This document shows, piece by piece, positions 39,130 to 48,614 of a stretch of DNA of 61,617 nt. Below the pieces are notes generated by a model. That model was not told the DNA's origin. It saw only the letters and a list, made by a program, of their open reading frames with translations, and ran no database searches. This DNA comes from Nitrospina sp. (GTDB lineage Bacteria > Nitrospinota > Nitrospinia > Nitrospinales > VA-1). Position numbers and translations under genes: made by a program. Position 1 is the first letter of the stretch; every line of letters starts with the position of its first letter. The stretch is from contig JABIYR010000072.1 of NCBI GenBank assembly GCA_018702695.1, positions 1 to 61,617 on the forward strand, written 5' to 3'.

Positions 39130-39885
39130 ATGAACACTTGTCTGGCGATAATTCGGATCGCAATATACGTTGGGATATTTGGGCTATTTATAGCCATCGG
39201 TGCCTGCGGTCATATTTTGTTTTTTCTGTCTCCATCACGATTATTGCAATGGATCGCATATTTTTCGCAGTGGTGGGCTCGAATAACTTGTTGGGTTTTC
39301 AATATCCATATTCAGGTTGAAGGGGATAGACCTCCCCTGACTGGGGCTATGGTTGTTGCCAACCATGTAGGCTCGCCAGATATTTTTATTTTGGGTGCGT
39401 GTTTTAAAGGTTTTTTTGTCTCGAAGGTTGAAATAGCCGATTGGCCTCTGTTCAATTGGTTGGTGCGATTAGGGAAAACTATTTTCGCAGATAGAAATAA
39501 ACGTCACCAAGTGAAGTCTCTGATCCATGCAATTGCCAAGCGATTGCATGGAGGGCATAACGTGATACTTTTCCCTGAAGCTCAGGCGACGGATGGGTCG
39601 GATGTGGTGCCCTTCAAATCTGCGATATTTGAGGCAGCGGTTCTTGCAAATAGACCGGTGGTACCGGTATCGATTCATTATCATGATGGAAACCAGCCGA
39701 CACTTGCGTTTTATGGCGACAGTTTTTTAAGCCATATCATGACGTTGCTGAAAACCCCTCGATTGCAAGCAACGGTGACGATTTTTCCAGAAATTCCAGC
39801 CAGTCTGGGGCGACAAGCTTTGGCAGATAAAAGTTGTCGGGTGGTTCGGGACGCAGTGAAGGCACAAAATTCTCAACTTGCATGA
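39130..39885 (+). CDS. Lysophospholipid acyltransferase (PlsC family)
   Basis: ANHVGSPD, FADR, LFPEA motifs. Confidence 0.88.
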   Translation: MNTCLAIIRIAIYVGIFGLFIAIGACGHILFFLSPSRLLQWIAYFSQWWARITCWVFNIHIQVEGDRPPLTGAMVVANHVGSPDIFILGACFKGFFVSKVEIADWPLFNWLVRLGKTIFADRNKRHQVKSLIHAIAKRLHGGHNVILFPEAQATDGSDVVPFKSAIFEAAVLANRPVVPVSIHYHDGNQPTLAFYGDSFLSHIMTLLKTPRLQATVTIFPEIPASLGRQALADKSCRVVRDAVKAQNSQLA

Positions 39886-39932
39886 TTCGATGCTATTTAT
39901 AATGGACATTAAAATCAAAAAGACGGTACATT

Positions 39933-40062
39933 AAGCGGGGTGGCAACACACTCATAGAGTGTTTGTCTGTTAACGATGAAGCGAGTGTTCCTCAAGTCAG
40001 TGAATGTCGTCCTTGTTAGGAGACATGAAAAATAAACGTCAGCGGAGGTTCTCCGCTCTTAA
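39933..40062 (+). ncRNA. Candidate structured leader or sRNA of unknown family
   Basis: Follows TGGACA-N18-TACATT; several hairpins; 5' end is complementary to the 3' hairpin arm. Confidence 0.35.
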
Positions 40063-40075
40063 TAAAGGGTTCTAC

Positions 40076-40582
40076 ATGATTCATTCTTTTAAAGGTGAAA
40101 AGCCAAAAATTGACGACTCAGCTTTGGTAGTAGAGAGTGCGCAGGTCGTGGGTGATGTGCAGATTGGTGAAGAAAGTAGTGTTTGGTTCAATGCGGTGAT
40201 TCGTGGTGACGTGAATTATATTCGCATTGGCAAACGTTCCAATATTCAGGATGGCTGTGTGTTGCATGTGGCGCGTAAAACTTTGCCTTTGATTGTCGGT
40301 GATGAGGTGACAGTGGGACATAATGTCACCTTGCACGCTTGCACCATTGGGTCGCAATGTCTCATTGGTATGGGCGCGATTGTAATGGATGGCTCGGAAG
40401 TGGGCGAACAATCGATTGTGGGGGCGGGTTCTCTTGTGACTCCAAATACTAAGATTCCACCCAAAAGTCTGGTCTTAGGTTCGCCAGCAAAGGTGAAGCG
40501 AGAGCTGACGGATGAAGAAATCCGTGGCATCCGTGAATCGGCTGCCAATTATGTCGGTGATATTGAAACCTATCTCGATTGA
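40076..40582 (+). CDS. Gamma-carbonic-anhydrase-family (YrdA/CaiE-like) protein
   Basis: VIRGDVN, NIQDG..LH, VTVGH...LHAC hexapeptide repeats; start at ATG 40076. Confidence 0.9.
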   Translation: MIHSFKGEKPKIDDSALVVESAQVVGDVQIGEESSVWFNAVIRGDVNYIRIGKRSNIQDGCVLHVARKTLPLIVGDEVTVGHNVTLHACTIGSQCLIGMGAIVMDGSEVGEQSIVGAGSLVTPNTKIPPKSLVLGSPAKVKRELTDEEIRGIRESAANYVGDIETYLD

Positions 40583-40589
40583 TTGAAAA

Positions 40590-41474
40590 ATGACTGCATC
40601 GAACACGGTTCCGTTTAAGGTTCCTCTGGCGGTAATGGGTGGCAGTGGTGCCTATCACCTACTCACCGGGCAGGCTCTGGGTCGAGAAGAAGCCTGTGAA
40701 GTGCTCGATACTCCGTATGGACAAAGCGCCCCGATTCATCTTTTTAATTTTGCGAATCGCGAGTTTTTATTTTTATCCCGCCATGGAGAAACCGATTATT
40801 CCCTGACCGCCCCTTTTGTAAATTACCGTGCAAATATTCACGCTCTCAAACAATGTGGCGTTGAGCGAGTCATAGCTTGGTCGGGTCCGGGTATTATCAA
40901 CCCGAATTTTAAACCGGGAGATTTTGTGGTGCCACACGATATCATCGATGAAACCCGGAATCGAGAAACGACTTTTTTTAAAGATACCGGTGTCGGCTTT
41001 ATTCGCCAAAACCAACCTTTTTGTCCTCAAATAGCCGAAGCCTTGCAGGGTGTCTTGCGCGAAAATGCTTTGCCTTACCATGATCAGGCGGTGTATGCCT
41101 GCACCGAAGGGCCTCGCTTGGAAACCCCCGCAGAAATCAGGAAGTTGGGCATCCTCGGAGCCGACCTAGTCGGCATGACTCTTGCGCCGGAAGCTTTTTT
41201 GGCCCGAGAAATGGAATTATGCTACACCCCATTTTGTTATCTGACCAATTATGCTGAAGGGATTAAGCCGAGGGAGTTTAAAAAAGGTGAATTATTTGAA
41301 GGCATGCAAACCGATGCGGAAAAAAAACAGGTCGATGCGGCAATAAAAAAATTTCCTGCGTTGATCAATGCCGTGTTTGAAAATTTGCAAGGGGTTGAGC
41401 GGGCCTGTGATTGCTCCGAGGCCTTACGTCGCTATAAAAATAAGGGTATGTTGGGAGAGAACCCGTTACCCTGA
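40590..41474 (+). CDS. MTAP-family purine nucleoside phosphorylase
   Basis: GGSG, TPYG, SRHG, NYRANI, EGPRLETPAE, VGMT. Confidence 0.9.
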   Translation: MTASNTVPFKVPLAVMGGSGAYHLLTGQALGREEACEVLDTPYGQSAPIHLFNFANREFLFLSRHGETDYSLTAPFVNYRANIHALKQCGVERVIAWSGPGIINPNFKPGDFVVPHDIIDETRNRETTFFKDTGVGFIRQNQPFCPQIAEALQGVLRENALPYHDQAVYACTEGPRLETPAEIRKLGILGADLVGMTLAPEAFLAREMELCYTPFCYLTNYAEGIKPREFKKGELFEGMQTDAEKKQVDAAIKKFPALINAVFENLQGVERACDCSEALRRYKNKGMLGENPLP

Positions 41475-41539
41475 AAAAAATCCTGTGACGATGAAATCAG
41501 CGAGGCTGGAATTCTCATAGCCTGTATGCAATCGATGAA

Positions 41540-41833
41540 TTAGCGGTCGGGCCAAGCATCGTAACCACCGGTCATGCTATAGACTTCTTTGAATCCATTT
41601 TGTGAGAGATATTCGGCGGCCCCCTGGCTGGAAATGCCGTGATAGCAACAGACAATCAGCGGCTTCTCTTTATCTGCCGATTCGATATACTCTTTGATGT
41701 TGCTGTCGTTAAGGGAAACGGCGTTGGGGATATGACCTGCGGAATAGGAACCTGAATCACGAATGTCGACCACATTGGCCGAACCTTCTGCAACCATTTC
41801 CTGTGTTTTTTGAGAGTCTAGTTCTTTAAACAT
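41540..41833 (-). CDS. glpE: Thiosulfate sulfurtransferase (rhodanese)
   Basis: VDIRD, GHIPNA, CYHGISSQGAA active-site loop. Confidence 0.88.
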   Translation of the reverse strand: MFKELDSQKTQEMVAEGSANVVDIRDSGSYSAGHIPNAVSLNDSNIKEYIESADKEKPLIVCCYHGISSQGAAEYLSQNGFKEVYSMTGGYDAWPDR

Positions 41834-41957
41834 TCAGGCATCCTTTGTTTTGTTAGAAAATCAGTTGCCGTTTTTTTATCGATGTCATGAAGGCATCATG
41901 AGTTGTTAGATGAAAGAAAAGTCGAAAAGTTCCCAACAAATGAAAAATAATGCTGAC

Positions 41958-42611
41958 ATGGATTTATCACAACGGTTAGAAGCGTTTGAAACCCTCCAAT
42001 TAAAAGACGATGCGGCTGAAGTTTTGAAACAAGCCTTGCAGTTGGCCAATGACTGCCAGCAGGTGAGAAAATACGACACCGCCATCGCAGTCCTGAACAA
42101 AATATTGCTTTCGCAAGATGCGAGTCAAAACGCGGTAGTGCAAATGGCTCTGGGGGTGGCCTACTGGGAAAAAGCCCAACTGCAAAAGGCTCTCAATTAT
42201 TTTGAAGAGGCGCTGACATTGTTTAAAGAGACCCATGATGAAGTGGGCGAAGCCGCCATTCTCTCTATCGTAGGTGTTACTTTTTGGAGAAAATGTGATT
42301 GGAATAAAGCTCTGGATATTTTGAGGAGCACATCAAGGAAAAACTACAATGCAGATCATCGCTTTATTTCATTGTACGGAGCGTTTGACCGTGGTATTGC
42401 GGCTTTACAGAATCGAGTGCGAATGGGGCGAGAGTTACAAAAACCTCTTAAAATTTTGCAGCCTTTGTTTGCCCTATGCGCTCTTTATTGGGTGATGCAG
42501 AATGAGGATCAGTTCAGAGCTTGTCTGGATGAGTCAACTCGACTGGCCGAACAGTTGGGTGAGGCAGATATTCTTAGAGTCGTTAAAGATTTGCAGATCA
42601 TGGCGAACTGA
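41958..42611 (+). CDS. TPR-repeat protein
   Basis: ALGVAYW...ALNYFEEAL TPR pattern. Start uncertain (41910-41958). Confidence 0.75.
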   Translation: MDLSQRLEAFETLQLKDDAAEVLKQALQLANDCQQVRKYDTAIAVLNKILLSQDASQNAVVQMALGVAYWEKAQLQKALNYFEEALTLFKETHDEVGEAAILSIVGVTFWRKCDWNKALDILRSTSRKNYNADHRFISLYGAFDRGIAALQNRVRMGRELQKPLKILQPLFALCALYWVMQNEDQFRACLDESTRLAEQLGEADILRVVKDLQIMAN

Positions 42612-43521
42612 TTTTGAACCAAGTCAATTCGTTTTTGTTGTTGAACAGATGCCGGACTTGGCTGTTGGGGACGGCGGCAAATTTTTCAATGGTGGATTGA
42701 TCGGGTTCTCCTTTGAACTTTAAGGTGCAGATGAAATTTTTGCACACTCCTGATTCCACCCATGGCAGGATCCATTCATAAAGTTTTTCCGGGTAACAGA
42801 TTAAATCTGAAAATAGCCAATCGACCGATTGTTGCTTCAATTCAAATTCTTGCGGGTGCAGGGAGAAGGCATCGCGTTTTTGAAACGAAACACCCTTTAA
42901 ACTAGCAACTGAGGGCGAAAGCGGGGCGCGATCAATGCTTAAAACCTCGGCACCACATTGGTGAATCACCCAAGCCCACCCACCCGGACTTCCTCCAACA
43001 TCAATGCAAAATTCTCCCGGCTGGGGTTTCAGGTTCGCCAGAGTCAAAGCTTCATAAAGCTTGAGATAGGCTCGGTTTGGCGGGCCATTTCTGTCTTCGA
43101 CAAAGTTCACTTCCCCATTTGGAAAAGCGCTTGAACAGTCAGATGAGGCAAGTAGCGTATTTTTATCCAGAAGCGTGAAACTACCCAGTGGAGAGGTTGG
43201 GAGTGCTGAGGGAAAAACTAAAGGGCGCGATTTTCGAGGCGATAGTTTTTCAAGAATTAATTTGGCTCGCCGGTGTAAATGATAAGAGTGCAAACACCAG
43301 TTACGTTGAATGGCTTGCAATTTTTTGGCGGCATCATTGATAGAGTCGATAGAAAGTGTTTCTGGGTTGCGCCAAATATTCTGCGCCCAGAAAACTTCTT
43401 GGGCAGGCTGGCTAGACAGGACCAGCCGATCATGAATCGCGATCACACCATCAAGTTCCTTCAATAGCGGTTGAGTCAGGCCCTCTGCGGCCAAATAAGC
43501 GGATTTTATTTTTTCAGTCAT
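42598..43521 (-). CDS. SAM-dependent RNA 2'-O-methyltransferase (RlmM/FtsJ-like)
   Basis: NRAYLKLYEA, DVGGSPGGW, SD, TLK, NELT (K-D-K-E type). Confidence 0.8.
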   Translation of the reverse strand: MTEKIKSAYLAAEGLTQPLLKELDGVIAIHDRLVLSSQPAQEVFWAQNIWRNPETLSIDSINDAAKKLQAIQRNWCLHSYHLHRRAKLILEKLSPRKSRPLVFPSALPTSPLGSFTLLDKNTLLASSDCSSAFPNGEVNFVEDRNGPPNRAYLKLYEALTLANLKPQPGEFCIDVGGSPGGWAWVIHQCGAEVLSIDRAPLSPSVASLKGVSFQKRDAFSLHPQEFELKQQSVDWLFSDLICYPEKLYEWILPWVESGVCKNFICTLKFKGEPDQSTIEKFAAVPNSQVRHLFNNKNELTWFKISSP

Positions 43522-43808
43522 AATTTATGATCATACCATGCAGGCTGTTGAGACCCGTAAAAGGTTATTGCTATTTCAGGGGGACTTTAAGGTTTTCACC
43601 ACAGATTGCTTGCTAATGAGGAAAAATGCGAGTCAGTATCTAATTTTCAATTTAATGCGAGTAGCCTAAGATATTGAAATATTGTTAATCATGGTTAACT
43701 ATAAAATTTTTTACATTAAGCCGCATAGCTGGGTTAAAGTGTTGTTTATATTAGGAGAAGCGAAGGCGTGCGGCAAAAGATACAACCTGAGTATGGGAGT
43801 ATGAAAAC

Positions 43809-45029
43809 TTGATTGAAAACCATGTTGATCTTAATTCATTTGTCAAAAGTATACAGGTCAATGTCTTTGTAGCGGATAAGGAACTTAATCTGGTCTATAT
43901 GAATGATTATGCCAGAAAAACCCTGAAATCCATTGAACCCGCCATTAAGGCCGTGTTTCAGGTCAGCGTGGCAGACATGGAAGGGGCATCGATTCATCGG
44001 TTTCATCGAGATCCGAAAAGGGTCGAAGCCATTTTAAAAACTCCTTTAGCCCTTCCTCATAAAGCAGATTTTGAGTTTGGAGGCATAACCTTAAGAACGA
44101 ATATCAACGCTGTTTGGGATGATTCCGGCCAATTAGAAGCTTATGTGGTGAACTGGGAGGATGTCACCAGTAGGGACCAGTTGGAGGGGTCTTTAAACCT
44201 TAAGTTACTGGAGTTAGGTAGCGCGAATCAGGAACTGCAAAAGCGTAACCGGCAGATTGAGCAGGATGAGGCTGAGCTAAAGGTGGCTCATGAGGAACTC
44301 AATAAAACACATGCATATTTAAATATCAAGATGGCGCAATTGAAACAAAGCAATCAGGATCTAGAAAGCTTCGCCACCATTGCCTCGCATGATCTGATGG
44401 CCCCGGTTAGAAAAATCATAAACTTTGCTGAGTCCTTACATGAAAATGGTTCTCATTGTTCGGGAGATGATAAGTTATTGCTGGAAAAAATACTTCTTTC
44501 CGGAGAGAGAATGCGACTGCTGATTACAGATATTCTGGACTATTCACGATTGGCGGGTCATTCTTTTGTTTTCGAACGCATCAACCTAAATGATGTGTTA
44601 TCTGAGGTTCTTGCTATTTTAGCAGATCAGATTCTGTATACAGGAGCTAAGGTTATTATTGCAGGTGAACTTCCTGTTATTGATGCCAATAAAACTCAAA
44701 TGATACAATTATTACAAAACCTTATTTCTAATGCCCTTAAATATAGAAAAGAAGATACGGCTCCAGTTCTGAAAATTTCTGCCACTCAAACAAAAGAGTT
44801 TGCTCTGGTCGCGCTGGAAGACAATGGTATTGGAATCAAGGATGAACATAAAGATCTTGTTTTTCAACCCTTTGAGCGACTCAACCCGGCAGTAGAAGGA
44901 ACTGGCATGGGGCTCGCCATTTGCAAAAAAGTGGTGGTCAGCCACGGAGGCGAGATATCGGTGCAAAACTTGCCTGAGGGGATAGGGTCTGTGTTTAATA
45001 TTAAACTTCCAGTGAGGCATAACCAGTGA
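43809..45029 (+). CDS. Soluble histidine kinase with N-terminal Aer2-type PAS domain
   Basis: PAS (NVFVAD...YMN...SIHRFHRDP...NWEDVT), coiled coil, FATIASHDLMAP, NLISNALKY, DNGIG. Confidence 0.88.
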   Translation: MIENHVDLNSFVKSIQVNVFVADKELNLVYMNDYARKTLKSIEPAIKAVFQVSVADMEGASIHRFHRDPKRVEAILKTPLALPHKADFEFGGITLRTNINAVWDDSGQLEAYVVNWEDVTSRDQLEGSLNLKLLELGSANQELQKRNRQIEQDEAELKVAHEELNKTHAYLNIKMAQLKQSNQDLESFATIASHDLMAPVRKIINFAESLHENGSHCSGDDKLLLEKILLSGERMRLLITDILDYSRLAGHSFVFERINLNDVLSEVLAILADQILYTGAKVIIAGELPVIDANKTQMIQLLQNLISNALKYRKEDTAPVLKISATQTKEFALVALEDNGIGIKDEHKDLVFQPFERLNPAVEGTGMGLAICKKVVVSHGGEISVQNLPEGIGSVFNIKLPVRHNQ

Positions 45030-45481
45030 TCAAAGCAGTTTCAGATTTTAAAGGCGTGGTGTCCGTGTTAGTGGTGGAAGATGATGACGATGATTACGAA
45101 TTTTTAGAAAGTGCATTGCAGGAATGCTGTGGCGACCCCAATGTAAACTGGGTGAAGGATGGCGATCAGGCGGTGGACTATTTGTTTAGGCGTGGGGAAT
45201 ATAAGGATGAAACCCAATACCCTACGCCAGATTTGATTTTTCTTGATATCAGAATCCCTAAGAAAAACGGCTTGGAAGTCGCTAAAATAATCAAAGACGA
45301 TCCGGTCTTAAAAAAACTTCCTACCATTATGTTAACCACCTCCTCTGCTTATGCGGATGTAGTTCATGCTTATGAAATTGGAGCCAACAACTATTTAAAA
45401 AAACCGGGTGGTTCTAAAGAAATAGAACAGTTCAAAAAAGCCATTTGCCTTTTCTGGTCTCCAGTCGTTCTGTATCCCTGA
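45026..45481 (+). CDS. Single-domain response regulator (Rcp1-like)
   Basis: VEDD, DGDQAVDYL, PDLIFLD, MLTTS, GANNYLKKP, W near the C-terminus. Confidence 0.9.
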   Translation: MIKAVSDFKGVVSVLVVEDDDDDYEFLESALQECCGDPNVNWVKDGDQAVDYLFRRGEYKDETQYPTPDLIFLDIRIPKKNGLEVAKIIKDDPVLKKLPTIMLTTSSAYADVVHAYEIGANNYLKKPGGSKEIEQFKKAICLFWSPVVLYP

Positions 45482-45792
45482 CGAGGGGTAGAAAAACTAA
45501 TGTTATTTTTACCTAACATTCTCTCAGGGCTATGAGAGAAGAACCTCTATTTAGGGTTATGCTTGGATATTTTTCGAGATGATCAATAGAAGTGTTTCGA
45601 CGCAACCTTCCAAATAATATTCAAGTTCGCGCAGTTTTCCTATGGAAAGCCACTAAACTAGAACCCATTTGAGCGGGGCTATATATTCTTACATGACAAA
45701 GACGTGCAAATTTTCTATAATAAGGCTTAAAAAAATAGGGCTCTGATTTCAGGGTGTCATGAATCTAATAGGCGAAATATCAAAGTATTTAA

Positions 45793-46173
45793 ATGAGCAA
45801 TAAAATCCTTCTCGTAGAAGATAATGAAATGAACCGAGACATGCTCTCAAGGCGTTTGGAGCGTAAAGGTTTTGAAGTGGTTATCGCCGTTGATGGGCAA
45901 GAGGGTGTGAATATGGCTCGTACGGAATCACCTTGTCTTATTCTTATGGATATGAGTCTTCCTGTGATGGACGGCTGGGAAGCCGTTCGCACGTTGAAGG
46001 GTGATTCTGCAACACAATCCATTCCGGTTTTAGGCCTGTCGGCGCATGCGATGACGCCGGATAGAGATAAGGCCATTAATGCGGGTTGCGATGACTATGA
46101 TACCAAGCCAGTTGATATAAAACGTCTATTGGGAAAAATTCAGATTTTGCTGGACCAGAACAATGCCGGATGA
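45793..46173 (+). CDS. Single-domain response regulator (DivK-like)
   Basis: VEDNEMNRDML, LMDMSLP, AGCDDYDTKP. Confidence 0.92.
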   Translation: MSNKILLVEDNEMNRDMLSRRLERKGFEVVIAVDGQEGVNMARTESPCLILMDMSLPVMDGWEAVRTLKGDSATQSIPVLGLSAHAMTPDRDKAINAGCDDYDTKPVDIKRLLGKIQILLDQNNAG

Positions 46174-46528
46174 GCAGGAACCTGTCCTAAACAAACAGGC
46201 CGCGTTGGAACTGTGTGATGAGGATGAAGAACTTTTCCTCGAAATTGTACAGGCTTATCTTGAAGATTCGATAGAGCATGCGCGACAACTTCTTTACGCT
46301 CTGGAGGCTGGAGACGCTCACGAGGTTGAAGAGAGGGCGCATGCATTAAAAGGCGCTTCTGCTAATATTTGTGCAGGGCCAGTTTGTGGAGCGGCACAAT
46401 TGCTAGAACGCGCGGGTCGGGACAAAGACCTGAGCGAAGCACCGCAACTCTACCGGGTTTTTAAAAAGGAGTTTCAGCGTCTGCTGGAATATCTTGAGTC
46501 CTTGCCCCTTCCCCCAGAAGATGGATAG
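46163..46528 (+). CDS. Hpt phosphotransfer protein
   Basis: AHALKGASANI motif. Confidence 0.9.
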   Translation: MPDEQEPVLNKQAALELCDEDEELFLEIVQAYLEDSIEHARQLLYALEAGDAHEVEERAHALKGASANICAGPVCGAAQLLERAGRDKDLSEAPQLYRVFKKEFQRLLEYLESLPLPPEDG

Positions 46529-46566
46529 TCTTACTTGTTGAAAATACGAAGATTGTGGGCAGGAAC

Positions 46567-46595
46567 TTGACAAGTATGAGGGAATAACGTATAAG
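46567..46595 (+). promoter_or_regulatory. Putative sigma-70 promoter of rpsT
   Basis: TTGACA-N17-TATAAG. Confidence 0.7.
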
Positions 46596-46666
46596 AATTA
46601 ATTCGCTATCATCATGTCCCCGAACTGGGAAGACATTTATTTAACGCCTAAATAGAGGATCAGTTT

Positions 46667-46930
46667 TTGGCTAATCACAAATCGGCATTGAAACGTAATC
46701 GGCAAAACATTAAGAAATGTGAAAGAAATAAAGGCTACCGCACCTTGGTCAAGACCGTATCTAAGAAAGTGCGGACAGAAGCTGAAGCTGGTAATAAAGA
46801 TCAGGCGCTGAAAGAATTAAAGCTTGCCGAAAAAGTTATCGCCAAAGTTGGGGGTAAGGGTATTCTTCATGCTCGAGCCGCATCCCGAAAGATTTCAAGT
46901 CTCACCCGGTTGGTCAACCGGACTGCTTAA
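46667..46930 (+). CDS. rpsT: 30S ribosomal protein S20
   Basis: ANHKSALKR...KGILH..AASRKISSL; TTG start. Confidence 0.96.
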   Translation: MANHKSALKRNRQNIKKCERNKGYRTLVKTVSKKVRTEAEAGNKDQALKELKLAEKVIAKVGGKGILHARAASRKISSLTRLVNRTA

Positions 46931-47084
46931 GTGATCGGGGGGCGATGGCCCCTCATACGGCTGTTTTTCCTGCGAGGGGAATCGACAAATTCCCCGCTAT
47001 TTCTGGGTGTGGAGCAACGCTCACGCCACTTCCTTCCTCAATTGTCTGGTAAGGCTTTTATGTCAGGTCTTGCCCCGAATTTCA

Positions 47085-48080
47085 TTAATAGCACAGGTTG
47101 AGAACCAAGGTTTGCATCACCGCAACAGGGTCCTTGGAAGTGGATTTTAGGCTCCTATCTGCTTTAACCAATTCCAAATAGCCTTTGCGAAGTTGTTGCA
47201 CGCTGAACCGGTGGGTGTGTTGCAAGGCCTTGTCGACCACAAAAGGGTTGGCTCCCATTATTTTAGCAATTTGTCCGGATGGTATTTTTTTACCTTGATA
47301 ATGTTTGACTTCCCAGATCATTCGCAGTTGCCAGGCGATGGTACCTAAAATTTTTATAGGTTCTTCTCCATGATCAATTTGATTGTTGAGAAGGTTCAGA
47401 GCTTTTTCCGGATTTTTTGTTTTCAATGCATCGGTGAGCGCAAATGCATTTTCCAATTTACTTTCCCCCACCACCTCAGAAACATCTCTTTCTGAAACAG
47501 ATTTATTCTTTCCTGCATAGAGAAGCGTTTTTTCCAATTCCGTTGCCAAGATCCCCGGTCTCGCTCCAACCCGATTTACCAGAAATCGTGCCGCATCGGC
47601 GGAGAGGGAATAACCTTGCGTCTCAGCCCGTTTTCGTACCCAGCCTACCAACTCATTTTCTTTCGGAGGCTCACAGACAACAGCATCTTTCAGACCCGTC
47701 AGAGCCTTGAATAATTTGCGTTTGCGGTCTACTTTGTGGGCAGAAATGACCAGACATGCGTCAGCGATGGGGGACGATGCATAGTCCATGAGATCTTGAG
47801 CTTCTTGGTCTTTAGGGATGCCATCGTGCAGATTGCGTACTATCACCAGTTTGGTTCCACCGAGAAAAGAAAGTGTTTTCACCGACCCCAGCCAGTGGTT
47901 TACCGTGCTTTCTCGAGCATCAAATATCTCTAGATTGAAATCTCGATTTTCGTCGGTGATCCATTTTTGCGTGAGAGCGTGGATGACTTCTGTGTGGTAG
48001 AAAGTTTCCGAGCCATAGAGAAAATAGAAAGGTGCTGTTTCCCCTTTAGAAATTTTTGAGAAAAAATTTTCAGGAGTCAC
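47085..48080 (-). CDS. holA: DNA polymerase III subunit delta
   Basis: YFLYGSE, ELEKTLLY, ADRSLK; leuS-lptE-holA synteny. Confidence 0.9.
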   Translation of the reverse strand: MTPENFFSKISKGETAPFYFLYGSETFYHTEVIHALTQKWITDENRDFNLEIFDARESTVNHWLGSVKTLSFLGGTKLVIVRNLHDGIPKDQEAQDLMDYASSPIADACLVISAHKVDRKRKLFKALTGLKDAVVCEPPKENELVGWVRKRAETQGYSLSADAARFLVNRVGARPGILATELEKTLLYAGKNKSVSERDVSEVVGESKLENAFALTDALKTKNPEKALNLLNNQIDHGEEPIKILGTIAWQLRMIWEVKHYQGKKIPSGQIAKIMGANPFVVDKALQHTHRFSVQQLRKGYLELVKADRSLKSTSKDPVAVMQTLVLNLCY

Positions 48081-48095
48081 GATGTGATAATGGGT

Positions 48096-48614
48096 TTAAA
48101 ACTGGTCAATGAGCAAGCTCACTAAACGATTGCCCAGTTCTTTATAGGCCTCTTCCAGTGCGGCAATTCTTGCGGATTCGGTGTCGACAATGTCAGACGA
48201 GGCATTATAGTTCCATGTGGTTGTGAACTTGTCTTTCATATAAAGTTTGTCATTTATCTTATCGAATACTTCAATTTCTACACCCAGCTCAACAATATAA
48301 TCGGAAGCAAAATCGCTGGAGTTAAAGGAGACCGCCCGTAAATTGTAATAATGAAGTTTACCCATCATCACCATGTCGGAACTGGTTTTCCGGGAAACTT
48401 TAATTCTCCCATCAGTGATGAAGGAGTCGATAACGGCACTGGTCAGTTCCCGATGAATTTCTGGCTGGGAGGACGTATTGAGAAATACAGGTATGGAGAG
48501 CGTTTTTAAATGTGGAGGCAGGGATGAACCCGTTCCCACCAAATGATATCCACATCCATTTAGAATCAGGGTGAACACCCATAGTATGTAAATTTTAAAT
48601 CGGATTTGTTTCAT
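48096..48614 (-). CDS. lptE: LPS assembly lipoprotein LptE
   Basis: Lipobox LNGC-GYHL; ATGA overlap with the leuS stop. Confidence 0.85.
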   Translation of the reverse strand: MKQIRFKIYILWVFTLILNGCGYHLVGTGSSLPPHLKTLSIPVFLNTSSQPEIHRELTSAVIDSFITDGRIKVSRKTSSDMVMMGKLHYYNLRAVSFNSSDFASDYIVELGVEIEVFDKINDKLYMKDKFTTTWNYNASSDIVDTESARIAALEEAYKELGNRLVSLLIDQF

